In this document: in pieces, positions 1 to 9,649 of the stretch
How positions within the stretch are numbered: position 1 is the first letter of the stretch
Layout: the number at the start of each line of letters is the position of its first letter
Assembly: GCA_963841015.1 (NCBI GenBank)
Contig: CAWJAX010000004.1
Location: 12,040-44,039, forward strand
Direction: 5' to 3'
Length of the DNA stretch: 32,000 nt
Origin: an uncultured Methanoregulaceae archaeon
GTDB lineage: Archaea; Halobacteriota; Methanomicrobia; Methanomicrobiales; Methanospirillaceae
Notes under the pieces: generated by a model
Told to the model about the DNA's origin: nothing
The model's input: the letters and a program-made list of their open reading frames with translations, nothing else
The model's database searches: none
Program-made: the position numbers and the translations under genes

Positions 1-1
1 G

Positions 2-895
2 AAGAAGACCACGGTTCTTGCCCGCATCCTCCCGGAGCACAAATACCGGGTGGTGAAGGTGCTGCAGGAGCACGGGGAGATCGTGACGGTGACCGGCGAC
101 GGTGTGAACGATGTGCCGGCGCTCCGGGCCGCCGATCTCGGCATTGCCATGGGCTCCGGCTCGGAAGCGGCCAAGAGTGCGGCCAAGATGGTGATTGTGG
201 ACAACAATCTCTCGGTCATCGTTGATGCAATCCGGAACGCCCGGGTGATCGTAGACAACATCCGCAAGGTGATCTATTACCTGATATCGACCTCGATCAC
301 CGAGATCGTACTCATCAGCACAACCGTCTTTGCCGGTCTCCCGCTCCCGCTCCTTCCCATCCAGATTCTCTGGGTCAACCTTGTCACAGACGGCGTGCAG
401 GACAAGACGTTCCCCTTCATTAAAGAAGAGGGGAACGTGATGGCCCGGCCCCCGAAAGACCCCGCAAAACAGTTCTTTGATGGCAGGCAGACGCGCCGTA
501 TCATGACCTTCGGTCTGGTCATGGGAGCCCTTGCAGCGGTCATGTTCTGGTACCTTCTCGGAAGATACCCGTACGAACTTACCGTATCGATCATATTCAC
601 GTCTGTTGTCTGCTTGCAGTGGTTCAACGGCCTCCAGGCCCAGCTGGAACACGAGCCGTTCCTGCTGGACATCAAAAAAAGCCTCACCATCAACCCGTAT
701 ATCTTCTATGGTATCGGCGTGGGCATCGTGCTCCAGCTGATTGCCATCTATATTATTCCGGGAGTATTCGGTGTTGTTCCTCTCGCCCTCGAACACTGGG
801 TATATGTAATCGCACTTTCACTGACTGCGTTCTTTGTCGTTGAAGCGATCAAATGGCTGGAGTACCGGGGCAGTCATCCGAAGGTCCCTATCTGA
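2..895 (+). CDS. C-terminal part of P-type cation-transporting ATPase (5' end outside window)
   Basis: Frame open from base 2 (KKTTVLARILPEHKYRVVKVLQEHGEIVTVTGDGVNDVPALRAADLGIAMG...); TGDGVNDVPAL hinge motif followed by the C-terminal membrane domain. Confidence 0.93.
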   Translation, partial: KKTTVLARILPEHKYRVVKVLQEHGEIVTVTGDGVNDVPALRAADLGIAMGSGSEAAKSAAKMVIVDNNLSVIVDAIRNARVIVDNIRKVIYYLISTSITEIVLISTTVFAGLPLPLLPIQILWVNLVTDGVQDKTFPFIKEEGNVMARPPKDPAKQFFDGRQTRRIMTFGLVMGALAAVMFWYLLGRYPYELTVSIIFTSVVCLQWFNGLQAQLEHEPFLLDIKKSLTINPYIFYGIGVGIVLQLIAIYIIPGVFGVVPLALEHWVYVIALSLTAFFVVEAIKWLEYRGSHPKVPI

Positions 896-1010
896 ATGAG
901 CATAGAAACCATGGAGCGCTGGTCATCTCATATTGGGTTTATTCTTGCCGCGGTTGGCGCAGCTGTCGGTATTGGTAACATCTGGCGAAATCCGGGGATC
1001 CCGGGGTTGC
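896..1010 (+). pseudogene. Truncated N-terminus of sodium:neurotransmitter symporter (SNF) family transporter
   Basis: MERWSSHIGFILAAVGAAVGIGNIWR is the characteristic SNF N-terminal TM1 sequence; similarity stops after about 30 aa and the rest of the ORF (to 1243) is antisense to the Usp gene. Confidence 0.75.
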
Positions 1011-1012
1011 TT

Positions 1013-1882
1013 TCAGGTTTGCTTCCCATTCCTGATGATAAGAACTGGTTTCCTGGTCCTTCTCACTACGGTGAACGTAGTGCTTCCGAGGACCAGATTG
1101 CGCAGCCAGTCCGTGCCGTGGGCATTCATCGCGATCAGGGATACACCCTCCTCTTCCGCAACGGACAGGATCATCTCCGTTGGATCGCCGACGCGGACAC
1201 GAGGATTTGCCGCAATACCGGCACCGGCAAGGTCCTTTTTTAGTGCTGCAAGTCGGGCCTGAGCATTTGTGATGCATTCATCAATCTCTTCTTTGGTCTC
1301 CGCCCGGCTGACAACATGCAGGAGTTCGACATTTTCCATTCCCTCAAGTGTTTTTAAAACTGATATTACATCATCGGCGGGTCTGGAGAAATCCGTGGGA
1401 ACGAGAACATTTGAAAACAATGGGCGGGGAGCTGCCGGCCCGGCACCCGAAATCTGATCGGGGCGCATGACGAGAACATTCATCTTTGCATTCCGCAGCA
1501 CGGTGGAGGATACACTCCCCAAAAGCAGTTCCTGGATAGGATTGATTCCACGGGCTCCGACGATGATGAGGGACACATCTTCAGTTTTCGCAACACCCAG
1601 GATTGCCTGCGCAATAGTGCCCTGGGTAATTGCGTTGACAATCACGTCAACATTGATGCGTACCTTCAGCCCGAGATTTTCAAGAACCTCTTTTTTCTCT
1701 GCCATGAGAAGCTTGGTGTTTTCGATATGCGGCCCGTGTGTCCATCCGAGTCTTGAAGGGCGCGTTGCATCCACAACATGGAGGAGCACCACTTCCTGAA
1801 TACCAGGAATCTCGGAAACGCGGTCAAGGATTTTTTGCGAATACGGTGAAAAATCAAGAGCAACAAGCACTTTCTCAAACAT
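1013..1882 (-). CDS. Universal stress protein with two tandem UspA domains
   Basis: 289 aa; MFEKVLVALDFSPYS..., GARG-x-LLGSVSSTVLRNAKMNVLVM nucleotide-binding motif; second domain VLVPTDFSRPADDV... Confidence 0.93.
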   Translation of the reverse strand: MFEKVLVALDFSPYSQKILDRVSEIPGIQEVVLLHVVDATRPSRLGWTHGPHIENTKLLMAEKKEVLENLGLKVRINVDVIVNAITQGTIAQAILGVAKTEDVSLIIVGARGINPIQELLLGSVSSTVLRNAKMNVLVMRPDQISGAGPAAPRPLFSNVLVPTDFSRPADDVISVLKTLEGMENVELLHVVSRAETKEEIDECITNAQARLAALKKDLAGAGIAANPRVRVGDPTEMILSVAEEEGVSLIAMNAHGTDWLRNLVLGSTTFTVVRRTRKPVLIIRNGKQT

Positions 1883-2033
1883 AATGCCTCCGTAGGGGAT
1901 TCCAGTATCCTAGAATACATACTGTGTTTTAATAAAATGATTGGAGGAAACGAAGAGGAATTCTGAATTAGATGCAGATCGCTTATCGGTTAATTGGTCC
2001 TGAAAAATTTGAAAAAAGTGTAAAGTTGCCTTC

Positions 2034-3548
2034 TCACGATTTCTGGATATACCAACCAGTCAGTGTTTCGTCAAGTAATTTCTCGCTGTGCGGGGGTGTT
2101 GCAAGACTGATCGCGATCATTGCAACGACCGAGATGATAAATGCATAGAAGGAAAAGTGCACTGGCATGGGGATAAGGTTGATCTTGAAATAACTCAGGC
2201 CGCCAAAGAAGAGCGACGTAGCAAGACCAAGCCCCATGGCTGCAAGTGCTCCCTGACGGGTCGCCCTCCTCCAGTAAAGTCCTGCCAGGAGGGGAACGGA
2301 AAAGGTGGCGAACATGATCCCGATCCCTGCCCAGATCAGCCAGACCAGCATGTCGGGCGGGTTCAGGGCGAGCAGCAGGGTGACAATAGCAGCAGTCAGT
2401 ACCGAGATCTGGCTGATGAGAACTACCTTCTTTTCCGGAGCGTCGGGGTGGAGGATTTTCTTATAGATATCCCATGCGAAGTATGTCCCGATGGTCAGCA
2501 TCAGACGGTCGGTCGTGGACATAACAGCGGCAAGGATGATCACCGCAAAGATCCCCCAGAGTGCAACGCTGGGAAGGGAGGCCTGGACTCCATAGACAAA
2601 GACGAAGTCGGAAGCATTCTTAACCGCAGGCAGCGTCATGAGCCCTTCCTGGACCATAACAAACCCGGCAAACCCGGAAAATTTTAACAGGAACATTACG
2701 AACCCGTAGATACCAAAGGCAACCAGCGGAGACCACTTGAAAACTTTCACATCCCTGACCGCAAGGATGTTATTGATCACGTGCGGGGCACAGGCAAGAC
2801 CTATCGTCAGGAGCAGGAAGAACGATACGATATAGGGGGGTGTGAATACGGCACCCGCCCCGGAAGCCCACGGGTCGACACTAACCGGGTTCGCTGCAGC
2901 CATTACCTCGTTGATATGAGTCATTCCTCCCGCAGCCATGATCACGATCGGGGCCATGATAACAACACCAATGATCAATATCGCGCCCTGCACGAGCGTT
3001 GTCCAGGCAACCGCGTACAACCCTCCGATAACAGTATAGACTGTCACGATTGCAGCGCCAATTAAAAGGGCGATCCAGTGGGGAAGACCAAAAAGCCACA
3101 TCAGCACGATGCTGATGGCCGTGTACTGCCCGGCAAGGTATATCATAGAGACAACGATGCCAGCAATTGCCGACAAACCCCTGAGCTGTACCTGGCTTTC
3201 ATACCGGTGCGCAAGGTAGTCCTGTACGGTCAGGTATCCTGACTTCTTTGCCACTTTCCACATCTTGACGCCAAAGAAGATGATACAGAACGCGATCGAG
3301 AGCGGTACAGCGATCTGCTCCCAGATCGTGGGCCAGGCGAATTTGTAACCAAGGCCGGACACACCGAGAAGTGACATCCCCGAGCAGACCGATCCGATCA
3401 TCAGCATGGTGAAGACCCAGAAGTCCAGCGATCGGCCGGCGACAACGTAATCGGTCATGTTATGGATCTTTTTGCTTGCCCAGATGCCAATAGCGAGCAA
3501 GCCAATACAGTAGATAATGATAAGACCCGCCGCAACAGGATCGATCAT
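2034..3548 (-). CDS. Sodium:solute symporter (SSF) family protein
   Basis: 504 aa, multi-TM; DYVVAGRSLDFWVFTMLMIGSVCSGMSLLG, YTVIGGLYAVAWTTLVQG, typical of SSF. Confidence 0.92.
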   Translation of the reverse strand: MIDPVAAGLIIIYCIGLLAIGIWASKKIHNMTDYVVAGRSLDFWVFTMLMIGSVCSGMSLLGVSGLGYKFAWPTIWEQIAVPLSIAFCIIFFGVKMWKVAKKSGYLTVQDYLAHRYESQVQLRGLSAIAGIVVSMIYLAGQYTAISIVLMWLFGLPHWIALLIGAAIVTVYTVIGGLYAVAWTTLVQGAILIIGVVIMAPIVIMAAGGMTHINEVMAAANPVSVDPWASGAGAVFTPPYIVSFFLLLTIGLACAPHVINNILAVRDVKVFKWSPLVAFGIYGFVMFLLKFSGFAGFVMVQEGLMTLPAVKNASDFVFVYGVQASLPSVALWGIFAVIILAAVMSTTDRLMLTIGTYFAWDIYKKILHPDAPEKKVVLISQISVLTAAIVTLLLALNPPDMLVWLIWAGIGIMFATFSVPLLAGLYWRRATRQGALAAMGLGLATSLFFGGLSYFKINLIPMPVHFSFYAFIISVVAMIAISLATPPHSEKLLDETLTGWYIQKS

Positions 3549-3652
3549 GCTGATGTCTCCTTAAACGTAAGAGCCCAGTAGGTAAGCGCAATCACGATGA
3601 CGAGGATTACTACCCCGACGCAAGCAGTAGTGAGGAACGGTAGTCCGAACAT
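3545..3652 (-). CDS. 35-aa single-TM small protein, probable symporter accessory subunit
   Basis: MFGLPFLTTACVGVVILVIVIALTYWALTFKETSA*; stop overlaps the SSF start codon (ATGA). Not in the supplied ORF track. Confidence 0.55.
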   Translation of the reverse strand: MFGLPFLTTACVGVVILVIVIALTYWALTFKETSA

Positions 3653-3850
3653 TCTATCCCAGAGGTGTGCGATCTGTTAACATTTAACAAGTTCGAAATT
3701 ATTCCGATATTTTTTTAAAAAATAGTATTACTATGATTATTTATGGTTAGGACATGAAATCCCGTTTCATTATTAGTTTTTTAGATATCTTCAAGCCTGT
3801 AAAATTAAAATCGATTTATTGATATTTTCAAAAAAGTGAATGGGTGAAAT

Positions 3851-4009
3851 ATGCCAAAGCATTTTTGTCCGGTTTGTCTGGAGGATATCACCTGTAAGCG
3901 CTGCAAAGGCTCTGGCAAATATTACCCCCCTTATTCAACTCATAAAATTGTTCATGATGAATGCCATGGCACGGGGAAGATGCCCCACAATCATGAAGAA
4001 AATTATTGA
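3851..4009 (+). CDS. 52-aa Cys-rich protein resembling a DnaJ-type zinc finger
   Basis: MPKHFCPVCLEDITCKRCKGSGKYYPPYSTHKIVHDECHGTGKMPHNHEENY*; CPVC, CKRCKGSG and CHGTG motifs; GGGTGA upstream as possible RBS. Not in the supplied track. Confidence 0.55.
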   Translation: MPKHFCPVCLEDITCKRCKGSGKYYPPYSTHKIVHDECHGTGKMPHNHEENY

Positions 4010-4332
4010 ATATTCACAAACTAAAAAAAAAATCTTTGCACACGAAGTTGTCAATCGAAAGAATGACATAAGCGTATTTTTAACATCTTATAATTGCCGA
4101 AACATGGTATGAGGAATGAAATCCAATAAGAAGCCGGTAGTACTCGCCATATATTGAACCATTTTATGAGAATTTACTAAAGAACATACAGTCCGCGGTG
4201 CAAGTAACCTGAACAAGAATAAGATGAGGAACTAAAATATTAATTGCGAGAGGTTAGGGGTCTTGCTATTGACCGGCTGCATATCAGTGACTTAAGGACG
4301 ATTCTTTAAATTAAAACTCCACAATACACCAT

Positions 4333-4851
4333 ATGACCCTTGAGAGAACGATTGCGCAGCTGTTCAGGATGGACGATGCAACCTGGCTGCGGCATGCCAA
4401 TCCATGGAGCGGGATCCTGCGCAATACGGCGCTCCCTCTCCTCATTATCGCATTCTGGAGCCGGCTCTGGCTTGGGTGGTGGGCAGTCATCCCGGTTGTT
4501 ATTGCACTCCTCTGGACCTGGTACAACCCCAGAATCTTCCCGGCACCGCAATCGCTCGATCACTGGATGTCAAAGGCTGTACTGGGAGAGCGGGTCTGGC
4601 TGAACCGGGATGCGGTTCCTGTGCCAGAGTATCACCGTAAGGTACCAAATGTTCTTTCAGCAGTTGCCGCTATCGGTTTGGTCTTTATCATTTGGGGTGT
4701 TTTCAGGTTCGATCTTTGGCCTACCCTATTTGGGACCTTGATGGCGTATATGGGCAAGTTATGGTTTGCTGACCGGATGGTCTGGATCTGGCAGGATATG
4801 CAGGAAGCTTCACCGGAATACCGGAACTGGCGGATTCTCAGGCATGAGTAA
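4333..4851 (+). CDS. Conserved membrane protein (DUF6653-like)
   Basis: 172 aa; DDATWLRHANPWSGILRN...FWSRLWLGWWAVIPVVIALLWTWYNPRIFPAP; family name from memory. Confidence 0.7.
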   Translation: MTLERTIAQLFRMDDATWLRHANPWSGILRNTALPLLIIAFWSRLWLGWWAVIPVVIALLWTWYNPRIFPAPQSLDHWMSKAVLGERVWLNRDAVPVPEYHRKVPNVLSAVAAIGLVFIIWGVFRFDLWPTLFGTLMAYMGKLWFADRMVWIWQDMQEASPEYRNWRILRHE

Positions 4852-5050
4852 TTCTCCTATGAAATAATTAGTCCGTGGCTGATGATCACTACAGCCCTCC
4901 TCTGATATTGTTTTTTCATAACACAATATTTCCGAACACCTGCATGATGATTGATTCCTGCTTCGCGACTGTTCATTGGAATGCCCCTTTATTTCCAGTG
5001 GAGAAATAGCCAATCGGGAAGAAATTTTTGTAAAACCCCATTTTTTAGAC

Positions 5051-5262
5051 CACCGTCAGAAAAAACGATCCTTATATTCGGATTCCGGAAGCCTTTCCGG
5101 GATCCGGTGGGGTAAATTAGGTGGCAAAAATCACCTCGATTTAATGGCCTTTGGTGGCTTTTCAGTGAGGTACAAATCAGCCGTATTTTGGCAAACAGGC
5201 GTAAACCTCTGTTTCAATACACACCGAAACGGACGTTATTACGGGGTTTCCCGGATCAATGT
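5051..5262. repeat. Dispersed repeat copy A (3'-truncated)
   Basis: Shares GGTAAATTAGGTGGCAAAAA..TTTAATGGCCTTTGGTGGCTTTTCAGTGAGGTACAAATCAGCCGTATTTTGGCAAACA with copies at 9650 and 24988. Confidence 0.8.
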
Positions 5263-5425
5263 CAGGAAAGAGTACGCTGTTTCAATTCTCGCTATCCGGA
5301 GAAAAGGAGAGGTTATTGCAAACCCTTCCGGGGAAGTTACCCTTGAACCAGCTGATGAGGTGATCGTGATCGGTGCACCGCAGCTGATATATTACGCTTA
5401 TCTCAGGTATTCCACCCGGAGATAA
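5262..5425 (+). pseudogene. TrkA-C (RCK_C) domain fragment
   Basis: INVRKEYAVSILAIRRKGEVIANPSGEVTLEPADEVIVIGAPQ resembles a TrkA-C domain; the 5' part of the protein is missing and replaced by repeat copy A. Confidence 0.65.
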
Positions 5426-5790
5426 AACCAGAGTGAGCATATCAGCCGTACAAAAATATGCCAGATTATCTTTGTAAGTATTCCTCCCATTGCCATGATC
5501 TACCTGATATTTCATATCCTGAACCGGCACAGGTCTTAAATTGATGAATTCATATCTATGATTAAATGGATAGAAGAAGATGACGAGTATTATCTGGTAT
5601 ATCTATAATGAAGCGCTCAAGAAGGAGCGGGAGCTGCTGGAAAAAGTAAGAAAAAAAGAACGGGATCGACTGGATCGTATCAGAAATATTGGCAAGGACC
5701 CCGGCTCATCTCACGATAAGAAATAATGCTGAGAACTTATTGAACGCTAAAACCCCGTTTATTAAAATAACAAAAACGTACATGAGAAGG

Positions 5791-7806
5791 TTATTTCCTG
5801 TCTTTCTTTTGGGTAAACAGGTATGTACCCTTCGCAACATCTTCCGGCTTTGCATAAATAATCGCATTATCCCCTGCCTCAATCCGGGTCTCGCCACCGA
5901 TACCCGTGATTACCTCTTCTCCCCGCCGGATGGCCAGGACGAGAAGGTTGTGTCGTTTTCTCAGATTGATTTCTCCGAGCGTTGTGCCGGCAAGCAGGGA
6001 CCCGGGTTCAACCGTAAGGGTAGTTATACTGACCTCGGGGATATACCGCACGAGATCCGGCAGCGTTCCCGGCACCGTGCTCGTTGTACGCAACATCTGG
6101 TACCCGTCAGCACGAACATCGGTAATAAACGACTCGATCCGGTCCCGCGGCACGAAATACTTGTTCAGAACGACAGTAAAGATCTCCACAGACGTTTCAA
6201 ACTCCTCGGCAATGACCTCATCGGCCCCAATCTCATGGAGTGCCTCAACTTCACTGACATAGCGTGTCCTGACGATAATAGTCAGTTCAGAACTGAGGCC
6301 GCGGCAGGTGCTGACAATCTTTCGGACCGCAACGGGATCATTGATGGCCACGACGGCGATCCGTGCAGTCGGGATTCCCGCATGAGAGAGCACACCTTCG
6401 CTGGTTGCATCCCCAAATATGATGGGCTCACCCTGCTTCCGGGATTCCATGACAAGGTCAGGATTGAGCTCGATAATCGTATAATCGATACCAGCCCTGC
6501 GGGCAGTGCGGGCGAGGTTCCTGCCGGTGACACCATACCCGATGATAACCAGATGATCTTTCTTCGTCTTGCGTGATGCGGGATCATCAATACTGCACGT
6601 TCCCCGCGTGATAAGGGAGAGGGCAGGTTGTTGACAGAGCCATCCGGCGACCGGTGGGCCAATACCGATCACAAACGGCGTAACTGCCATGGTGATGAGA
6701 GCAACAATGAGGAAGGTCTGGTAGGTTTCAAAGGGAAGAATACCCGTAATAAATCCACTCTGGGCAATAATCAACGAGAATTCTCCGACCTGTGCAAGGG
6801 CAAGTCCTGTCATCAATGAGGTCCTCAGGGGGTATCCGAGTGCGAGAGGAGCAGCAGTGGCGAGCAGGGCCTTGACCACAATCGCAAGAACGATCAGGAA
6901 TGCAATGATCCAGAAATTTTCAAGCAGGAACCGGAAATCCACCAGCATGCCGACGGAGATAAAGAAGAAGCTCGTGAAAATGTCCCGGAACGGGAGGACG
7001 ATACTGGAGGCCTGGCGGCTGTATTCCGATCCTGAGATAAGTAATCCGGCAAAAAGGGCTCCGATAGCAATAGAGATCCCGGACAGGGAGACCAACCATG
7101 CCACGCCAAAACAGACCAGGATGACAAAGAGTAAGAAGAATTCCTGGTTGCGGGTTCGTGCAATCTCGTGCATGAGCCGGGGTATTACCCATCTTGCAGA
7201 TACAACAAGGACCAGCACAATGAGGAGATCCTGGATTACCAGGGTCACCAGGGAATCCGCTGAAAGCAGGGGTGTAGGATCGAACAGGGACAGGCTCGCG
7301 AGGAAGGGGATGGCCATGATCATGGGAACTGCCATGAGGTCCTGGAAGATCAGGATGCCGAGCGCAATGCTGCCATGCGGGGAATCCATATCCCCTTTGT
7401 CGTGCAGGATTTTCAGAACGATGGCTGTACTGGACAACGAGAAGAGAAAACCCATCAGGATCGCTTCACCGGCAGGAAGCCCCAGCAACAGGGCAAGTCC
7501 GCAGAAGAAGGCAAAGGAGAGGCCGACCTGCAGTGCGCCGCCGGCAATTGCGATGAGCCGGATCTTCCAGAGGTCCTTGAAAGAGAATTCAAGTCCTATC
7601 GTAAAGAGCAGGAGGATTATCCCAATCTCGGCAAGATTTTTTACCTGCTCCTGCCCCTGGATAATGCTCAATCCATACGGTCCGACGATGACACCCGTAA
7701 GGATATATGCCACAAGGGGAGGTACCTTAATCCTGTTGAAGATCATCCCGACTATAAGCGCTATGGCAAAAACAATCAGGATGTCCGTTAAGAGTTCAAA
7801 AACCAT
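5791..7806 (-). CDS. Monovalent cation:proton antiporter (CPA2/Kef type) with RCK_N and RCK_C domains
   Basis: 671 aa; VVAYILTGVIVGPYGLSII, GxGxxG motif in HLVIIGYGVTGRNLARTARRAG, C-terminal TrkA-C. Confidence 0.93.
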   Translation of the reverse strand: MVFELLTDILIVFAIALIVGMIFNRIKVPPLVAYILTGVIVGPYGLSIIQGQEQVKNLAEIGIILLLFTIGLEFSFKDLWKIRLIAIAGGALQVGLSFAFFCGLALLLGLPAGEAILMGFLFSLSSTAIVLKILHDKGDMDSPHGSIALGILIFQDLMAVPMIMAIPFLASLSLFDPTPLLSADSLVTLVIQDLLIVLVLVVSARWVIPRLMHEIARTRNQEFFLLFVILVCFGVAWLVSLSGISIAIGALFAGLLISGSEYSRQASSIVLPFRDIFTSFFFISVGMLVDFRFLLENFWIIAFLIVLAIVVKALLATAAPLALGYPLRTSLMTGLALAQVGEFSLIIAQSGFITGILPFETYQTFLIVALITMAVTPFVIGIGPPVAGWLCQQPALSLITRGTCSIDDPASRKTKKDHLVIIGYGVTGRNLARTARRAGIDYTIIELNPDLVMESRKQGEPIIFGDATSEGVLSHAGIPTARIAVVAINDPVAVRKIVSTCRGLSSELTIIVRTRYVSEVEALHEIGADEVIAEEFETSVEIFTVVLNKYFVPRDRIESFITDVRADGYQMLRTTSTVPGTLPDLVRYIPEVSITTLTVEPGSLLAGTTLGEINLRKRHNLLVLAIRRGEEVITGIGGETRIEAGDNAIIYAKPEDVAKGTYLFTQKKDRK

Positions 7807-7896
7807 AGGAATACGTTAGATTACCTTTGTCGGGAAATACAAAAAATTATTCGCAGATTAGAAAAAGTAGTGGGCTTACTTAAAAAAAATGAGAAA

Positions 7897-8647
7897 TCAG
7901 GGAGCCTGCCGGACGATAACCGAGGCCGACTCGTCAAACGGGTTCTTCCGCAATGCAAGGTTGAAGAGATAAGGGTAATGGTTTTAAGATATTCCATATA
8001 GATGATCCACTCGTGGATCAACCGGGTATACGCACGCTGGATATCGGGGGTGAGATGGCTTTTGTCGGATGGAGGCAATGCGGACAAGTCGCCCCGTGCT
8101 TTCAGCTCTTCGGTCAGGTGGCTGAGCGCAAGAATAAGGTCCGTGAATGATTCGTGCTCAAAGACCATGGGGTTTTCCACCAGGCGCAAAAGGAACTCCT
8201 CGTGATCGATCAGAAACCTCCGGAAATCTTCCAGGTCAATCCGGGTAAGTGAGGCACTGCACGAATAATCATCAAGGCATTTTTGCATATCCTTAAACCT
8301 TGCCATATCCCAGGTGGCAGTGACTACCAGGCGTTTTTTCACCGGACCAATACGTTCATCGCCACCGGTCAACCGGGCAAGAAGCGGCGTCCCGAACGTG
8401 GAAAAGAAGGTGCCGATGACCATGTTCAGCTTCTCCACTTCTGCTGTTTTTCCCGGGATTCCAGCAACGGGTCAATGATAAGCGTGACAATCAGCACTTC
8501 TATCGGTATGAAAGCCAGGTCCCCGACAAAGAAGATGGACAGATGGTGCTCATCATGAAAGATCAGGTAATGGGCAGTAAACAATACAAGAGACAGGAGG
8601 ATGAGCCCTGATGCAATAATCAGTTTCCACCAAGTGTCTTCTTTCAT
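7897..8647 (-). CDS. Conserved membrane-anchored protein, interrupted by two frameshifts
   Basis: ORFs 8426-8647 (MKEDTWWKLIIASGLILLSLVLFTAHYLIF...) and 7821-8438 (MEKLNMVIGTFFSTFGTPLL...) are continuous as one protein; a second frame change near 7995 gives HYPYLFNLALRKNPFDESASVIVRQAP*. Confidence 0.7.
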
Positions 8648-8696
8648 TTACCTTCTCCGGTTACCTTGTTGAGCGAGCAGACAATGGACCACAAGG

Positions 8697-9560
8697 ATGA
8701 GAGATATATCTGGGAGAAAAGAGAAAATGTCTGCTATGACATCAGGGGAGAAAACAGAGAGTCACACAGACCCGAAAAAATCCTGGAGATGCACCGTATG
8801 TGGTTTTGTCCTTGCAGGTGAAAAGCCGCCTAAGGGCTGCCCCGTATGCCACAGCCCGTCCCATGAATTTATTCAGGAAACGGACCGGGTACACCTCACC
8901 TATGAGGGTAAGCCATTTGATGTCCTGCTGATCAACGGCAGCACGCACCGCGCCGGAAACACCGGTTACATGGCCGATATTGCTGAAGAGTATCTCCGTG
9001 AACGGGGGGTGAGTTATCGCAGGTATAACCTGAGCGAGTACCGCATCGATCCCTGCTGGTGTTGTTATGCCGTGCGGGCTCAGTCCTGCACCTACCCGTG
9101 CCGGAACAAGTATGACGATACGCCCGCCTTCCACGAGATGCTTGTCGCATCGAAAGCCGTCATTGTTGCCTCACCGATCAACTGGAACGGTATGTCGGCA
9201 CGCCTCAAGATCTTCCTTGACCGGACGACCTGTCTTGAAAATCTCTACCACCTCAACAAACCCGGCCTGACCGAGGGGAAGGTGGCGGGTATCCTTGTCT
9301 GCGGCCACGAAGACGGAGCGATAAAGACCTCCATGGATATCTGGCTGAATTTCCAGCAGATGGGATATGTACTTGCGCCATTCGGTATTGCATTCAGGAC
9401 GCACGGGTCGCAGTTCAACAGCAGCACGGACCGGGAATTCTTCCGGAACGATGAGCTGATTGTACGCCAGACAAAGGGCGTTGTGAACAATGTGATCGAA
9501 CTCATGAGGCTCGGTAACGAATCACAGCTGAAAGGGAAACTCGTGCCGGTCACTGAATGA
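8697..9560 (+). CDS. Rubredoxin-like domain fused to NADPH-dependent FMN reductase/iron-sulfur flavoprotein-like domain
   Basis: WRCTVCGFVLAGEKPPKGCPVC rubredoxin-type pairs then DVLLINGSTHRAGNTGYMADIAEE flavoprotein domain; start may be at 8727. Confidence 0.85.
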   Translation: MRDISGRKEKMSAMTSGEKTESHTDPKKSWRCTVCGFVLAGEKPPKGCPVCHSPSHEFIQETDRVHLTYEGKPFDVLLINGSTHRAGNTGYMADIAEEYLRERGVSYRRYNLSEYRIDPCWCCYAVRAQSCTYPCRNKYDDTPAFHEMLVASKAVIVASPINWNGMSARLKIFLDRTTCLENLYHLNKPGLTEGKVAGILVCGHEDGAIKTSMDIWLNFQQMGYVLAPFGIAFRTHGSQFNSSTDREFFRNDELIVRQTKGVVNNVIELMRLGNESQLKGKLVPVTE

Positions 9561-9649
9561 ATAGTAGCCAGAAGGGTATTATCCCCATGAAAGGGTATCC
9601 TTCTGAAACGAGTCCTGAAGAAATTTTTATAATAATCCTTTTTTTATCA

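Noticed and set aside
5689-6576. 295-aa ORF on the plus strand
   Set aside because: Antisense to the RCK domains of the antiporter, no domain signature.
6857-7819. 320-aa ORF on the plus strand
   Set aside because: Fully antisense to the CPA2 antiporter; Arg/Ser/Met-rich shadow ORF.
8426-8647. Programmed frameshifting between the 73-aa and 205-aa ORFs
   Set aside because: No clear slippery heptamer at the first junction, and the same gene has a second break downstream; simple indels are more likely.
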